A DNA stretch of 64,000 bases from the human T2T-CHM13v2.0 reference genome, Homo sapiens. Every line of letters starts with the position of its first letter. Position 1 is the first letter of the stretch. The stretch lies in the NCBI RefSeq assembly GCF_009914755.1, contig NC_060930.1, one strand, 5' to 3'. A model generated the notes under the pieces. That model did no database searches. It was not told where the DNA came from and worked only from the letters and a program-made list of their open reading frames with translations. A program made the position numbers and the translations under genes. Shown piece by piece: positions 40,687 through 64,000 of the stretch.

Positions 40687-40842
40687 GTTTATACAGAGTG
40701 TATATACCAGGGGGTGGAAATTTTAGTGGCTGTCAGAATTCTGCCTACTATGGTCATATAGAATGAGTCTACCTCCCTTGTTCTGCCTGATTTCATTGAG
40801 TGATGGGAAATTTGACAACAGTTTGCAGAAATTTGTCCTGTT

Positions 40843-41143
40843 GGCCAGGCATGGTGGCTCATGTCTGTCATCCCAGCACTTTAGGAGGCTGAAGCAGGAG
40901 GATCGCTTGAGTCCAGGAGTTTGAGACCAGTTTGGGTAACATGGCAAGACCCTGTCTCTACAAAAAATAATAATGAAAAATTAGCTGGATGTGGTAGAGT
41001 GTGCCTGTAGTTTCAGTTACTCAGGAGGCTGAGGTGAGAGAGTTGCTTGAGCCCAGGAGGTTGAGGCTTCAGTGAGCTGTGATCACACCGCTGTACTACT
41101 ACCTGGGCAACAGACTTAAGACCCTGTTTCAAAAAAGAAAAAG
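40843..41143 (+). mobile_element. AluJ
   Basis: Dimeric Alu; TSD agaaat(t/c)tgtcctgt. Confidence 0.92.
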
Positions 41144-42919
41144 AGAAATCTGTCCTGTCTGTCCTCCTTCCCTTGCTCACTTACCAGTAGTGAATCACAA
41201 TGGGAAGCAAAGTATTTTAAGTGAGTTTAAGAGATACAAGAGGACTTAGGTAGATGAGGCTGAACTGCCACATAATTTGCTCTTTTCCTCCAGTAGCTTT
41301 TCTCTTTCCCCTTGCGCCATGCTGTCTCTGTGTCTCTTCAGCTAGTGAGTTGAGATTAGCGTAAAAGAGCAGGGTCTCTACTTGGTTTTCTTTGTTACTT
41401 CTTTTCATTACAGTTTGCTTCCTCTTCTGTGAAATAAGGATGTCATAGTGTCTGAATTTCATAGTATTGCTGCAAGAATTAAGATGAAGTATACTCTATT
41501 CTTATTAGGGTGCCTAGCACATAACCACTTGCAATATAAGCTATTGTGATGGCAGGAAATGACTGTAAGCAGGTAGATAAGAAAAATGAATACTCAAACT
41601 TAATTATAAGAGTTTATATCATTGGAGAAATCTTGGCTTGAGTTCTGTTTCATTAATTGCTCCACACTTTAATCAGCCCTTTAATTATAGGACACCCCAA
41701 TAGAGCATGTAAAGGACTTAAAATTTTTTTAAGTTTTCCAGAATTCTACATATTTCTTATTGACTTGGCCACAGATTTTAAAGTTAAAATATTAAATATT
41801 AAGATTTAGGCTTCTTCTACACACTTGGTAGCTATGGTTACTTGGGTAAGTTTTCAATGTCTTTTAATCCTCCTATGGATGAGTTTCATTGATGTTGTGT
41901 TTTGTATGGGTTATATACTAATTTAGTAAATGTTTACGTTTTCAGCTTTTTTAATCCAAGATATGCCATGGAGTGCAAAACTGGAAATCATATATTTAAA
42001 ATGATTTCTAGACTTCTGAAAAACTTGAGCTTCATGGTATACTAAAAGCTCATGAGACAGCCATTTGAGAATTGCTGTGATAAAATTTCTACTTAGAAAA
42101 CACATCCAGGAATTTCTAAAATGAGATTGGAGGAATCCATTGCCAATAATTAATCTATAAGATGTTTTTCAGTGACTGTATCTTTTTCACTGCTTTGGAC
42201 CACCAGATTTAATTTTCATAGCATTATTCTGTTTAAAAGGGTGGTAGTAGCAAATATTTCAAAAAATTCATCAAGAAAATTTTAAACATTATGCTTTATG
42301 GCCTTCAATTACTTCATACCTTTTCAAAGGGTGTTTGTTCACCTTATTCTTGTAGGTGGGAGTTGGGAACTTGTTTTACGTGGTCAGTTTTTCTTTTGCA
42401 TGAGGTAAGTTTATACAATTGTAGTGTTCTGGGAGTTTTTTCACATATCGGTTACTTTGATGGTGGCCTAGAGAAGAACGTCTGAGCTTAAGAATAATTG
42501 AAGGAAGGACTGTTAAACTCATTTTATTTCTGAAGAAAACTCATTTTGTTTCTGAAGAATGTCTTTACTGGATTTCTACTGCGTATTATCTCATGGATAG
42601 ATGGGGTGGGTGGGAGTTCGGAAGGACATTTAAGTATGACTACTGCATTCACTGACACCACCAATTTCCAGCAAAATTTTCTAAGGTCAGAGTCTTATAC
42701 TCTACATGTATAAAAGTACTAGGAGCCAGTGAAATGGAATTAATATCTGTTACAAAATAAATTCTAAATTTGAAAGTAAATATGGATAACTTCTATGGGA
42801 TTTCAGTAAAGTATGTTAGCAAGCCAATGAACTTTCAAAGAACAATTACTGAGATTGAGCCTCCTTTTGGTTCTCCTTCTGAGATGCTTCCTTCCTCCTC
42901 TTTTCCTGTAACAGTTGAA

Positions 42920-43066
42920 AATATTTATTGAGACCTGTTGAATGTCAGGTGCTAAAGATGGTGAACCGAATAGAAATAATATCTGCCACAGATAACTTTA
43001 GTTGAACAAAGAATACTGATAAGTAACTAGATTTTTATAAGACAACATGTGATAAAACTTACATAT
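42920..43066 (-). mobile_element. L2 3' part (insertion target), resuming at ~49038-49500
   Basis: atatttattgag... L2 tail motif; continues as cccagaggaag...aaggatgagtaggaact...ggagaccagttaggagg after the L1. Confidence 0.65.
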
Positions 43067-43216
43067 GAGGCCTAGCTTCCCAGCCTACATTTTTCTCCCA
43101 TGCTGGATGCTTCCTGCCCTCAAACATCGGACTCCAAGTTCTTTAGTTTTGGAACTTGAATTGGCTCTCCTTGCTCTTCAGCTTGCAGACAGCCTATTTT
43201 GGGACCTTGTGATCAT
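43067..43216 (+). mobile_element. MLT2A (HERV-L LTR) partial segment, carried as a 5' transduction
   Basis: ggcctagcttcccagcctacat...tgctggatgcttcctgccctc...cagcttgcagacagcctatt..gggaccttgtgatcat matches recalled MLT2A1/A2; both LTR termini absent; lies inside the L1 TSD. Confidence 0.85.
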
Positions 43217-43379
43217 GAAGACAGATGCCTTCTTGGTCCTCCCCTGGAATTTCTAGCCCTACTATGGATGTTTCTGTTTGCTCTGTTTCTCTGAGTGAGG
43301 GCTTTATTGTTCTTTGGATTTGAAGAGAGGCCAACAACCTCCACTGACCCAGATGGCCAGTATGGAAATATACATATGT

Positions 43380-49024
<5,645 letters not shown>

Positions 49025-50162
49025 AAAACTTACATATTAGGGAAATATTATAGGAGGTGCGTACTCCAGACTCTATAGAGAGATCAAGGAATACTTTGAA
49101 TATTTCCCAGAGGAAGCAGTTTTAACTCAAAATTAAAGGATGAGTAGGAACTAATAGAAGCATGGGTTTCTGAAGAAGAGGGACTAGCAAGAGGAAAGGC
49201 CCCTAGAGTTCAGAGAAGCAGACTAGAGAAAAACCAGAAGGAGTCATATATGGCTGGGCAGAGTGTATATGAATGTAGCCAGGGGAGGAAAGAATAGGGG
49301 GATAAGGTAGAGATGACACTTGTGGCCTGATTAAGGAGTTTGTACTCTGTCCTTATATAATGTATATAAACTATTCAGGCCTTCTAAGCAGTGATATGTG
49401 GTGGTCAGTTTTACTTCGAGAATGACATGGTATGGAGAATAGATTTGGAGAGGAGCAAGATTTGGGGCAAGGAGACCAGTTAGGAGGACTAATCCAGAAG
49501 ATGGATATTGATGATTTCCTACTAGAGATTTAGAAAGAAGACTCGAGTACCTAGCTTTTCATGTCTCTGTATTTGTTTTCTCCTTTTCACTGCCCTTTTT
49601 TCTTCCCTCATTTACCCCTGTGTTCTGTACTGTCACTTGCTTCCAGTTGTCAATATGTTGATTTCTGTTTCTTTATTCGTTGCTCACATAATGTATATTA
49701 CCCTGCTAATATGACTTTAAAGAGTGACTTTATTGAAATATAATTCATATATAATAAAAGGTAGATATTTTAAGGTACAGATCAATGAATTTTTACAAAT
49801 ACATATCGCTGTGTAACCACTACCACCACAATCAAGATATAGAACCTTTTCGTCACTCCAAAAGGTTTCTTTGTGCCCCTCGCTAGTCAGCCCCCAACCA
49901 TGGCCTTGGTGACTGATCTGTTTTTTTTAATCACCATAGATTATATTTTCTTTTCTAGAGTTTTATGTGAGTGGTTTCATACACTGTGTACCCTTTTGCG
50001 TCTTTCTTCCGTTATGTTTCTGATTTGTTATGAATTCACCTGTTCATCTGTCCATTGACTTTTCAAATGTCTTTCTTCTTAAGTTTGTTTTCTTTCCCAA
50101 CTGGAACATGGTATTAAATCATTTATTTTTCTTTTTTCTTTTTTTTTTTTTTGGTATTAAAA

Positions 50163-50406
50163 TGTGATGTGCATCTGTTATCCCAGCTATCCGGGACGCT
50201 GAGAGGCAGGAGGATTGCTTGAGTTCAGGAGTTTGAGTCCAGCCTGGGTAACATAGAAAGACTCTGTCTCAAAAAAAAAAAAAAAAAAAAAAAAAGTGGT
50301 TACTGAAATGAAAAAGGTTTTTACTTGAGTCCAGGATTCAAGGTTTTAGTGAGCTATGATCTTCACACTGTATTCCAGCCTGGGTGACAGAGTGAGACCC
50401 TGTCTG
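50163..50406 (+). mobile_element. Alu monomer plus partial right-arm fragment
   Basis: FLAM-like unit with long poly(A), followed by the 3' part of an Alu right arm. Confidence 0.75.
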
Positions 50407-50668
50407 AATTTTTGTTGTTGTTGTTAAATTACTGATACTTATTGAATGGAATTTTATATTCCTGCTACTGGGTTTTAAAAGTGGCCACATCAGCTTATCA
50501 TCTTCTCAAATGGAGGACAAGCACTTATATAATGAATTATCTTGCTGCTTTCTAAGGATTAGTAACTTTTGACATACTCAATGCCCGTATTATCCTTTTA
50601 TATTTTTGTTCCACTTTTCATGAGCTTGGGCAAAGAGGTCTTTATGATACAGCTATCTTCTAAAGTGA

Positions 50669-50954
<286 letters not shown>

Positions 50955-52236
50955 TTATTCTTATTTTCTGTATAAAGTAGTAATTAAAGATTTCTAGCAA
51001 GTAAATATCCAATAGGACAAACCAGTTTTAAGCCAGGCTTTAAGGCTCGACTTTGCCTTTTTTTTATGGAAGATCTACATTTTATTGTGTTGTTTATTTT
51101 CTATCCTGTGTAACTTGCATTAATATTCATTAAGTGGCTAGCTTACACAATTATAACAGAGCCAACAGTGAGTAAGCAAGGAGAAAAAAATTCCCTGAAG
51201 TTTATAGTCTTGTGTTGTGATTCAGGAATTACTGCCATAACTAACTTAATAACAAGCAGATTGAGGGAGGACTTGTCATCTTGCAGTGTTATTTTGACAT
51301 TACATAATGACCTATCTGTAATAGCACCTTTTAGTTTTAAAAATTCCTCATAGGCACTATTGATATGATAGGGCAGTATAGAGATGTCAGTTTTATGGCC
51401 CCAAAGATCTGTGCATTTTATAAATGTATTTCAGTTACATTTTGGCAGTAAAAGAGCAGGAAGATAATGCTTCCATTAAAGTGATCAACTACGCATGCAG
51501 AAATTGGGCAGGAAGATGTGTGAAAAAAGCTTTTAGATGAAACCCATTTTCGTGTGTAAATTGCCTGTGCTGCATATATAACTGTCTCATAATGCTTTGG
51601 GGTAATTCAGCAAGTATAGCACTGGAAATGGTGTTTGTCTGCTGATCTTAATGAAGCATATAAATTGCTTTATAATAAGTCTGCTGCTCAGCTGTTATAT
51701 TACATTAATCTGCTCTTTTTTTCTCCTAGCTTTTTTTCTGTTTTCTTAAACAGTTGATTAAAATTTTAATTAACTTTTGCTATTTCAACTCCGTTTTATT
51801 TTTCATTCTTAAAAGGTATTATAAGTAAAAACAAAAACTCATTTTTGCTCTTCTACTACTTGGGACAGTGTGTCTTTACGTTTCAGAGCATTTGTATTTC
51901 AATAGTCACGTCGACTAAAGATGAACTATGAGAGAAGCTTAATTATTTTCCATATACTTTTGGTATGATCTTATCTGACTACATTTTAAATTTTATATCC
52001 TAGTAAAATCCATTTTAAATCATATATTATTCAGTACGAAATCCTTTTATAAATTTCAAATTGAAATTTTTAAAAAGCAGTACTTATTTCTTGATGCATT
52101 GTTTTACTTTATTAACATGCCTCTAAGTGCTTCTATATCTCAAAAATATACAGGGATTTTTTCTTTCCTGTGCCTGTCAATTCTCATTACCTTCTTTTTG
52201 TTTTTTTCCTCCTGACTTTTCACCTGTACTCCACAG

Positions 52237-52317
52237 ATTTCCTCCTCTGATGCTCCTCTTCAGCCTTTGGTATCCTCTCCTTCTCTGCAAGCTGCTGTTG
52301 ACAAAAATAAATTGGAG
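52237..52317 (+). CDS. SMAP1: SMAP1 coding exon (exon 5), 81 nt, phase 0-0
   Basis: Long pyrimidine tract + ccacag|; encodes ISSSDAPLQPLVSSPSLQAAVDKNKLE; donor gtatgg. Confidence 0.95.
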
Positions 52318-53509
52318 GTATGGTCATGTTTTAACCAGCTACATTATGTAGTGTTAAATGGTAAATTAACTTCCTTTTGCAGTGTGTCATTCGGGAACAC
52401 TATAATAGTTGTTGATATTTTGAATGATCCCTAGAATTAAAACAGCAATTTCTAGAATTTTTTTATACCACAGGTATGATTAAAGAACTTTGAATCTATA
52501 TTTAATTTCAGAATGACTGATTTATTGGTGCCATGGCTGTATCTCAACAGTTAAGAAGCAGTTAGTTTTTTGTTGTTGCGCCCATTACTATCTTATACTT
52601 ACAGGAACGTTTTTTTAAAAAAAATTTTCTTTCTATGATTCTGTTGTTAAAAGCACTTAAAGAAAGTTAATGTCAAGTTTCTTTTTTTTAAGCAATAGTA
52701 AACATCATACAGATAAAACGTGTATTATGGGATAATGAGTTCAGAATCATCAATGACAACTGTTAGAATGCATTTTGGGTGGAAGTGGTTAGGGTGCAGA
52801 TACTACCACTATGTATTTTTAAAGTCATCTGTACAAATATTTGAGAGTTTTCATTTCTTTTGACTCTTTACCTATTTTTTTTTTTTTGTTACATTGGCCT
52901 TAATAAATTAGTTTCAGGCATCCTTTCAACTATCATTTTTTCCCGTAGACATGGGATAAATGATAAATGGTTGGCTAGATGTGTGGTTATACAAAGGCAA
53001 GATATAGCCCCTGCCCTCCAGGAGCTTACAGTCTAAGGCAAGAAAACAGATAACTATATAGCAGTTTATAATACAATATATTATGGGCTGTGATTGAGGT
53101 ACGCTCACTGTACTGCAGGAGGCATCATTTTGATGCATCTTATGCTCTGAATAAGCATTAGATATAAGGGGAAGGATTAGGAAGAATTCCATACATGGAA
53201 ACTAGCCTGTGAAAAAACATATGGGCAAAGTGCAGTGTTTGGGGAGTTGCAAGTAGAATGGCATAACTGAAATATGAGTAGAACGGCAAGGCTCCTATCT
53301 TTCTCATGAAGGAGCCTTCTCATGAGCCCACTGAAGGAGTTTGATTCTGAAGGCTCGGGCACTTGAGTGATGAGTTTTAAGCGTTGGGGGGTGGGTGTGA
53401 CAGAATCAGATTTTCATGTTGTAACACAACTTTACAGGCTCCGTGGGGAGTGAATTTTGTGGTCATGGGTGAGGAAAAGACTTAACCTATTACTCTAATC
53501 CAGTAATGA

Positions 53510-53878
<369 letters not shown>

Positions 53879-54189
53879 AAGAGAGTGTAATTTTGAGAGG
53901 TCTTAAGAAGGTACAGTCTATGGGGTTTAGTAATTGGTGTCTTGTGGAGGTGCTTTGGGAAGCTTGTGACTTCCAGTTTCTATCTTGAACATCTTAGTAG
54001 ATGATGGTGCCAATTAGTGAGACAAGGATACAAGCTGAAAAGAAGGAACAGGTTTGAGCAGAAAAGGAAAGAGGTGAATTAGAAGTTGGACGTGTTAAGT
54101 ATGAGGTCACTGTGGAACATTGAGGTGTTTAGTAGTTGGTTGGATATACAGGTCTAGGCCCATGGGAAAGAAAAGGGGAGGAGAGTAGT

Positions 54190-54190
<1 letters not shown>

Positions 54191-54218
<28 letters not shown>
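54191..54218. repeat. (AG)14 microsatellite
   Basis: Direct reading. Confidence 0.95.
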
Positions 54219-54223
<5 letters not shown>

Positions 54224-54251
54224 TTAAAAATTTTGGAAACTATGTCTTTAT

Positions 54252-54578
54252 TTTATTTTTATTTATTTATTTATTTATTTTTTTGAGACAGAGTTTCGCT
54301 CTTGTTGCCCATGTTGGAGTGCAGTGGCGCGATCTCGGCTTATTGCAACCTCCCACTGCAACCTCCGCCTCCCGGGTTCAAGCAATTCTTCTGCCTCAGC
54401 CTCCCGAGTAGCTGGGTTTACAGGCATGCGCCACCATGCCTGGCTAATTATGTATTTTTATAGAGATAGGGTTTCTCTGTGTTGGTCAGGCTGGTCTCGA
54501 ACTCCCGACCTCAGGTGATCTGCCCACCTCAGCCTACCAAAGTGCTGGGATTACAGGCGTGAGCCACTGTGCCCGGCC
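54252..54578 (-). mobile_element. AluSp-like with a small internal duplication
   Basis: TSD ctatgtctttattt; tgcaacctcc duplicated. Confidence 0.9.
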
Positions 54579-54975
54579 CTATGTCTTTATTTAAATCACT
54601 CAAGTATAGTTTGATTATAATGAACCCAGTATGTACTTACCTCCATCTTACTGGACTTGAATGTTTAACCAGTTTTCTTGCACAGGAGGTCAGCTGTTTC
54701 ACTACGTCACTTGTGCATATAGCCACCAGGTTTCAAGAACGACTATTTTAAAATATAAAATACTGCAGTATTTTGTTCTTGCTGAGAAAATAGTTTAAAA
54801 CAACTTAGGTTTTCACAGTACTTTTAGATCTTTTAGCAGCTTTTGATTCTATGGATGGGAGTCATCTGTGGGTCAAACTGCATGATGAGTTTAGAACCCA
54901 TGCTGTTAATATTACTTCGAAGCCTGTATCCTAATACCACTGCCAGAATCAGAGTAGGTGACAGCTATATTTTTA

Positions 54976-55678
<703 letters not shown>

Positions 55679-55861
55679 TGACAGCTGTATTTTTACAGCT
55701 GAATTCTGGTGTTAAAGAGTATCAAGTCATGCTCTCCCTCTAGTAAATGTAGCAAGCGAATTTGATTTGTTTTTAGTGATTTCATATGTGCCCACCAATC
55801 ATGGTGATTAGGAAGTCAAACTTCTTTCCTACTCATGACAATGGCCTTCTTGAGAAATAAC

Positions 55862-56227
55862 TGTCTTCACCTGTGCTGGCTACTCTAACACTATACCATA
55901 GATTGAGTAGCTTATAAACAACAAAAATTTACTTCTCACAGTTCTGGAGGCTGGAAAGACAAAGATCAAGTCTCCAGCAGATTCTGTGTCTTCTGAAGGG
56001 TCCACTTTCTGGTTCATAAAACGATACATCTTTGTGCCCTCATATAGTGGGAAAGGGCAGGAAATCTCTCTGGGGCCTTTTTAATAAGGGTGTGAATCCT
56101 ATTCATGAAGGTTTCATCCTCATGACTTAATCACTTCCCAAAGGCCCCACCTCCTAATAATATCACATTGGGGATTAGGTTTTAACATGTGAATTTTGGG
56201 GTGGACACAAACATTCAAACCATAGCA
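55862..56227 (-). mobile_element. MLT1A-type MaLR solo LTR
   Basis: ttctcacagttctggaggctgg...aaaggccccacctcctaata...cattcaaaccatagca. Confidence 0.8.
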
Positions 56228-56275
56228 ATAACTAATAGCTCTGAGAGGTTAGGGAGCAACTCGTTCTCAACATAT

Positions 56276-57075
<800 letters not shown>

Positions 57076-59201
57076 GTTGTGTTTTGGAAATGAAGGTTTT
57101 GATTTGGGAAATGGTTGAGTCAGCAGTAGGTAATGTTTCTAGTTATCCTTAAAGGGTTACATCTTCCTTATTTCCAGTATAAAGCCCAGGCACTTGAGTA
57201 GATATGAAGATCTTTTTTGAGAACTATCCCAACTTTCTAGATGGTCTTCTGTCTGTGCTAGACTATGTTAATATCCTTAATGTTTAAGGCAAAATGTCAC
57301 TTTTGACATATGCTCTTCTGGTAACTAAAGCATATAGATTACTCTTCAGGTTTTAGCACAAGTTCAACTTTATGTTGACTTTTATCCTGTTCCTGAACAG
57401 CATTATTGAAACATAATTTTAGAGAATCCTAGTCTAAAGGAGCCTGATATATAAACTGTTCAGATTCTGGAAATTCTATCCATGTATTCTTCTTTTGTTG
57501 CAAAGCAATATACCAATAGTTTGTTAGCTTTGTCCTCTACTTAAATGCTTTCACTAATTGATGAATTACTATTATAACACTTACTGCCTTTTATTAATGG
57601 CTAATAAAAGGTTAAAAAGAGAAATGCTTTAGAATTTCCCTGTTCTTAAAATTGCAGTTGAAGACATTGCTTATTCATGCCCCAAATATAAAGATCTTTG
57701 CTATGAATTTCTTTTAAAATTTTGAACTAAGATGTAAATTTTTCCTTTCCTCTTTTTAAAATCACACAACAAACACTAAAATTATAATGTGCCATATTTG
57801 TGTAGTGCTTTATAGTTTGCAAAGTTGCTTTCTAGGTTCTTAGTGCCTTTTTCTTTTTAGTGTTGAAATGCACATTAAATATATATCTGGTTTAATACTT
57901 AGAAGACTATCACTGTGTAATGAATATTGAAACTCAATGTTATTACCACTTTGAAAGCTCCTGTGTGACTCTGTTCCCAAATAACCTCATCCCTTCTCCT
58001 TAAAGGTAATTAACATCCTGATTTTTATCATCATCGTCTTTACTTTTTTGCTTTTTAAAATAGTTTTATACTAGTGTGTACCCTCCCAAACATCATATTT
58101 TTGCCTGTTTTTGAACTTTATATGAATGGTTGCAAAGCCCTTTGAACTTTTATTATTTCTCTCACATTATGGCCTGGGAATTGCCAATATTATATTTCCT
58201 GATTTACAAATGGCAGATTTACTTTGACAGAGGTTGCATCAGACACCATTTTAAAGGCATAGGTACAAATGCAGCTGTTAGGTATTTTGAGTAAGTTCTG
58301 CATGTTTATCATGTTGCCTTCCCTAGGTTCATCAGTTTATCTTTTCTTTTTTTGCTGCCAGGAAACTAAGGGCCAGGTTAGTGTTTAGTTGCAGTAGACT
58401 TTCAGTTCTCAGTTTCTAGTCATCTCTTTCCTCTAAATGCCTTACGAATGCTCTTTGTTTAATCTCTTTTCATTTTCCTCTATTGGCCCTTAAGATTTAT
58501 TGTTGATACTTTTAATCCTTAAGTTTTTAACATTATATCTAATCCTTATTGGAAATGCAAATTGTGAATATCATAATGCCATTTATACTTCACTGCCTTA
58601 CACTAGTCAGTTGGCTGTGGTCCCCAAGCACTATCTTGAACATTATTTTTTTCATGAGAAAATCACTGTATTTACTCCTTTTTCTAAAGCAAAATCTATG
58701 ATAATGGACTGAAGATATTTTGTGATAAAAAAAGCTGATTTTATAGTCTTCCCCTTATATTTGCCTATTATAATTTATCTTTGTGTAATAAAGAAGTCTG
58801 TTCTATCACTTAGTTTTTTTTTTTTTTCCATTCAAAATTCAACTTCGTGATTGCTGTTAGGAAGTCTAACCTAATAAAAGGATATAGTGAGAATTTATTG
58901 AATGGAGATCTCATTCATTTAAAACAAGCATGAAACAAACCCTACTATATCAAAGAAGTTCTAAATTGTCTTACCGCTGTGCCTCTGTCTTAATTTTTTA
59001 ACAGATATTCTTTAGTGTCATCAGCATATAACCTCAATGAGAATATGAATTTACTGTTTATTATATTTCAGTAGCACGTAGATATTGTAATTACTGAATA
59101 TTTCTACCTTTTTCAGATGATTACTCAAACTAATAAGGATGAGTCAAAAATTGCCATTTTTTAAAAAAGTAAACTTATCAAAACTTTGGGCTGTGTTTTA
59201 G

Positions 59202-59282
59202 AAAGAAAAGGAAAAAAAAAAGGAAGAGAAAAAGAGAGAAAAGGAGCCAGAAAAGCCGGCAAAACCACTTACAGCTGAAAAG
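59202..59282 (+). CDS. SMAP1: SMAP1 coding exon (exon 6), 81 nt, K/E-rich
   Basis: ctgtgttttag|; encodes KEKEKKKEEKKREKEPEKPAKPLTAEK; donor gtaaaa; contains A10 at 59212-59221. Confidence 0.95.
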
Positions 59283-60682
59283 GTAAAATTCTTTTTTTAA
59301 AAATAATCTATTAGGATTACCATTTTATTTGTATACTTATATATTAATGACTTTCTGGATATTTATAATATGTAAATAATCATTATTTTCAACAAGCAAT
59401 TGTTGAGTGAATGCTGTGTGCTCAGCATGTCCTTCTAGCTTGTCTCTGTATTATTTGTAATCAGTTATCTATATGTGTGGGTATAAACCCTCTGAGTTCC
59501 TTGGAGACAGGTATTCTCCTGTGAATGACATAGAGAATGGTGTTTTTAGCTTTCATACACAATCAGACTTAGAAGACTTAGAATTTTAGAGAATGAAGAG
59601 AACATAAATGAAAGGGACTTCAGAAAAGACTCTGCTTAAGGTTAGCCTTTGAGCTACCTCTTAAAACATAGGTAGGATTAAGGTGGAAAACGGGTACATG
59701 TTTAAGAGAACAGCCTGAAGAATGTATGAAAATTGTAAATAAAATGTTTAGAAAAATAGTGAATTTGAAGAAAGGGATTTGTCTATGTATAGAAACTAGT
59801 GAAAAATAACACCAGAATGGTAGATTGAACTCAAATTGTAGATGTTTATTCTTTTGGGGGGAGGAAAGGCTGTGAGCAGCACTTCAAATTCTAAAGCACA
59901 TGGTACTCCTAATTCAGAAGGGTTTTTTTGAAAATTATTTTAGCAGTGATATGCAGGATAGATGTGATAAGGCGAACTACAGCTAGTGAGAATGTTGTAC
60001 TTTGTAAAGGGATTGGTTAAATATTTATGGTGGCTTGGCTTTGAATGCATTTCATCATAAGAGTATGGAATCATACTAAGAGAATTGTCAGTAAAGGGAG
60101 CATCCTTGATTTTAGTTGTTGAAATTTTAAAAATCAACTTTATTGAGGCATAAATTGGATACTGCAAAGTACATCCATTTAAAGTACATAATAGAAGTAC
60201 TGTATATAAGAAAGAAGATCCATTCTGCTGTTGAACATTTGGATTATATACAGGTTTTAACTATTCTAAATAATGCTGCTTTGAAACTTTTGTATATGGA
60301 ATCTAAGCTTGTATGTTTTTAGGGTGACTTAGTAGTGGAATTTCTGCATCATAAAGTATGTGCATCTTGAAGTTTACTGGATAATGTCAAACTTTTTTCC
60401 AAAGTGTATACCAAAGGTACTCTTACCATCAAAGTAATTTCACATTCTATGTAACACATAGTGTTGTCAGGGATTTTAGCATTTGCAATATGGTGAGTAT
60501 GTAATGGTGTCTCATTAAATTTTTACTGTTCATTTCCTTGATTACAAAATGAGGCCCAGTGCCTTTTCATGTCTTTTTTGCCTTCTTTTTTTCACTATAG
60601 CTTCATTTATTTTACATTTAAAAAATGAAAATAATACATGTGAAAATAAGGCACGTGTTTTTTAAAAAGTGAAACTTTAAAT

Positions 60683-60847
60683 GGGGTGTGATGGTGCACC
60701 TCTGTAGTCCCCAGCTACTTGGGAGGCTGAGGTGGGAGGATCACTTGAACCCAGGAGTTTGAGGCTGCAGTGTGCTATGATCATACCTGTGAATAGCCAC
60801 TGCACTCCAGCATGGGTAACACAGCAAGACACCCTTTAAAAAAAAAA
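60683..60847 (+). mobile_element. FAM (fossil Alu monomer)
   Basis: Monomer with cctgtgaatagccactgcactccagc signature. Confidence 0.85.
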
Positions 60848-61067
60848 TACAGAAGGGAATAAAAAACAAAAATCTTCCTTTTCATAGGCCTGGTTCAGGT
60901 CTTTTGCCTATTTTTCTGTTGGATTGCCTGCTTTTCCTCATTGATTTGTAGCTCTCTATACACATATACATAATGTATGGGAGATACTAGTCCTTTTTCA
61001 GTTAAGTGTTTGCAAATACCTTATTTCTTCATTGTGTCTAATTTTGTTTCTGTTTTCATTTTAATTC

Positions 61068-64000
<2,933 letters not shown>

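Noticed and set aside
43065-43256. 63-aa ORF as a product of the chimeric mRNA
   Set aside because: Its ATG is formed by the TSD junction and was not in the transposed RNA.
43371-43377. tacatat next to the L1 5' end as the true TSD
   Set aside because: Only 7 bp with no endonuclease-type A run; the 13-bp match at 43054 is perfect and restores the L2.
52270-52278. GTATCCTCT inside exon 5 as a second U12 donor
   Set aside because: Mismatch at +8, encodes Val-Ser-Ser, and I saw no U12 branch site before exon 6.
52127-52351. 74-aa ORF over exon 5
   Set aside because: Wrong frame; the real exon reads ISSSDAP.

Overview
Primate (most likely human) genomic DNA from inside SMAP1, the ArfGAP gene, transcribed on the + strand. 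Four coding exons (exons 3-6 by recalled numbering) are present at 15524-15609, 33899-33974, 52237-52317 and 59202-59282. The first two are separated by an 18.3-kb minor-spliceosome (U12, GT-AG) intron. The rest is intron filled with L1s, Alus, MaLR LTRs and DNA-transposon fossils; most ORF-track entries are repeat artefacts. Main observations: (1) The insertion at 43067-49024 has a 13-bp TSD enclosing an MLT2A (HERV-L LTR) segment that stops at the LTR splice donor, ~163 nt of unrelated sequence, and an L1 whose 5'UTR lacks a 524-nt GT-AG intron. It reads as a retrotransposed, twice-spliced, LTR-promoted L1 mRNA. (2) That L1 and the inverted full-length L1 at 26.3-32.4 kb bracket exon 4 and share many private mutations, including an ORF2 stop, indicating gene conversion. 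(3) The antisense promoter/ORF0 of the 26-32 kb L1 points at exon 4, and its second splice donor is in frame with SMAP1. (4) An isolated 139-bp L1 5'-end fragment has no poly(A) or TSD. Repeat subfamily names come from recalled consensus sequences and need RepeatMasker/Dfam confirmation.
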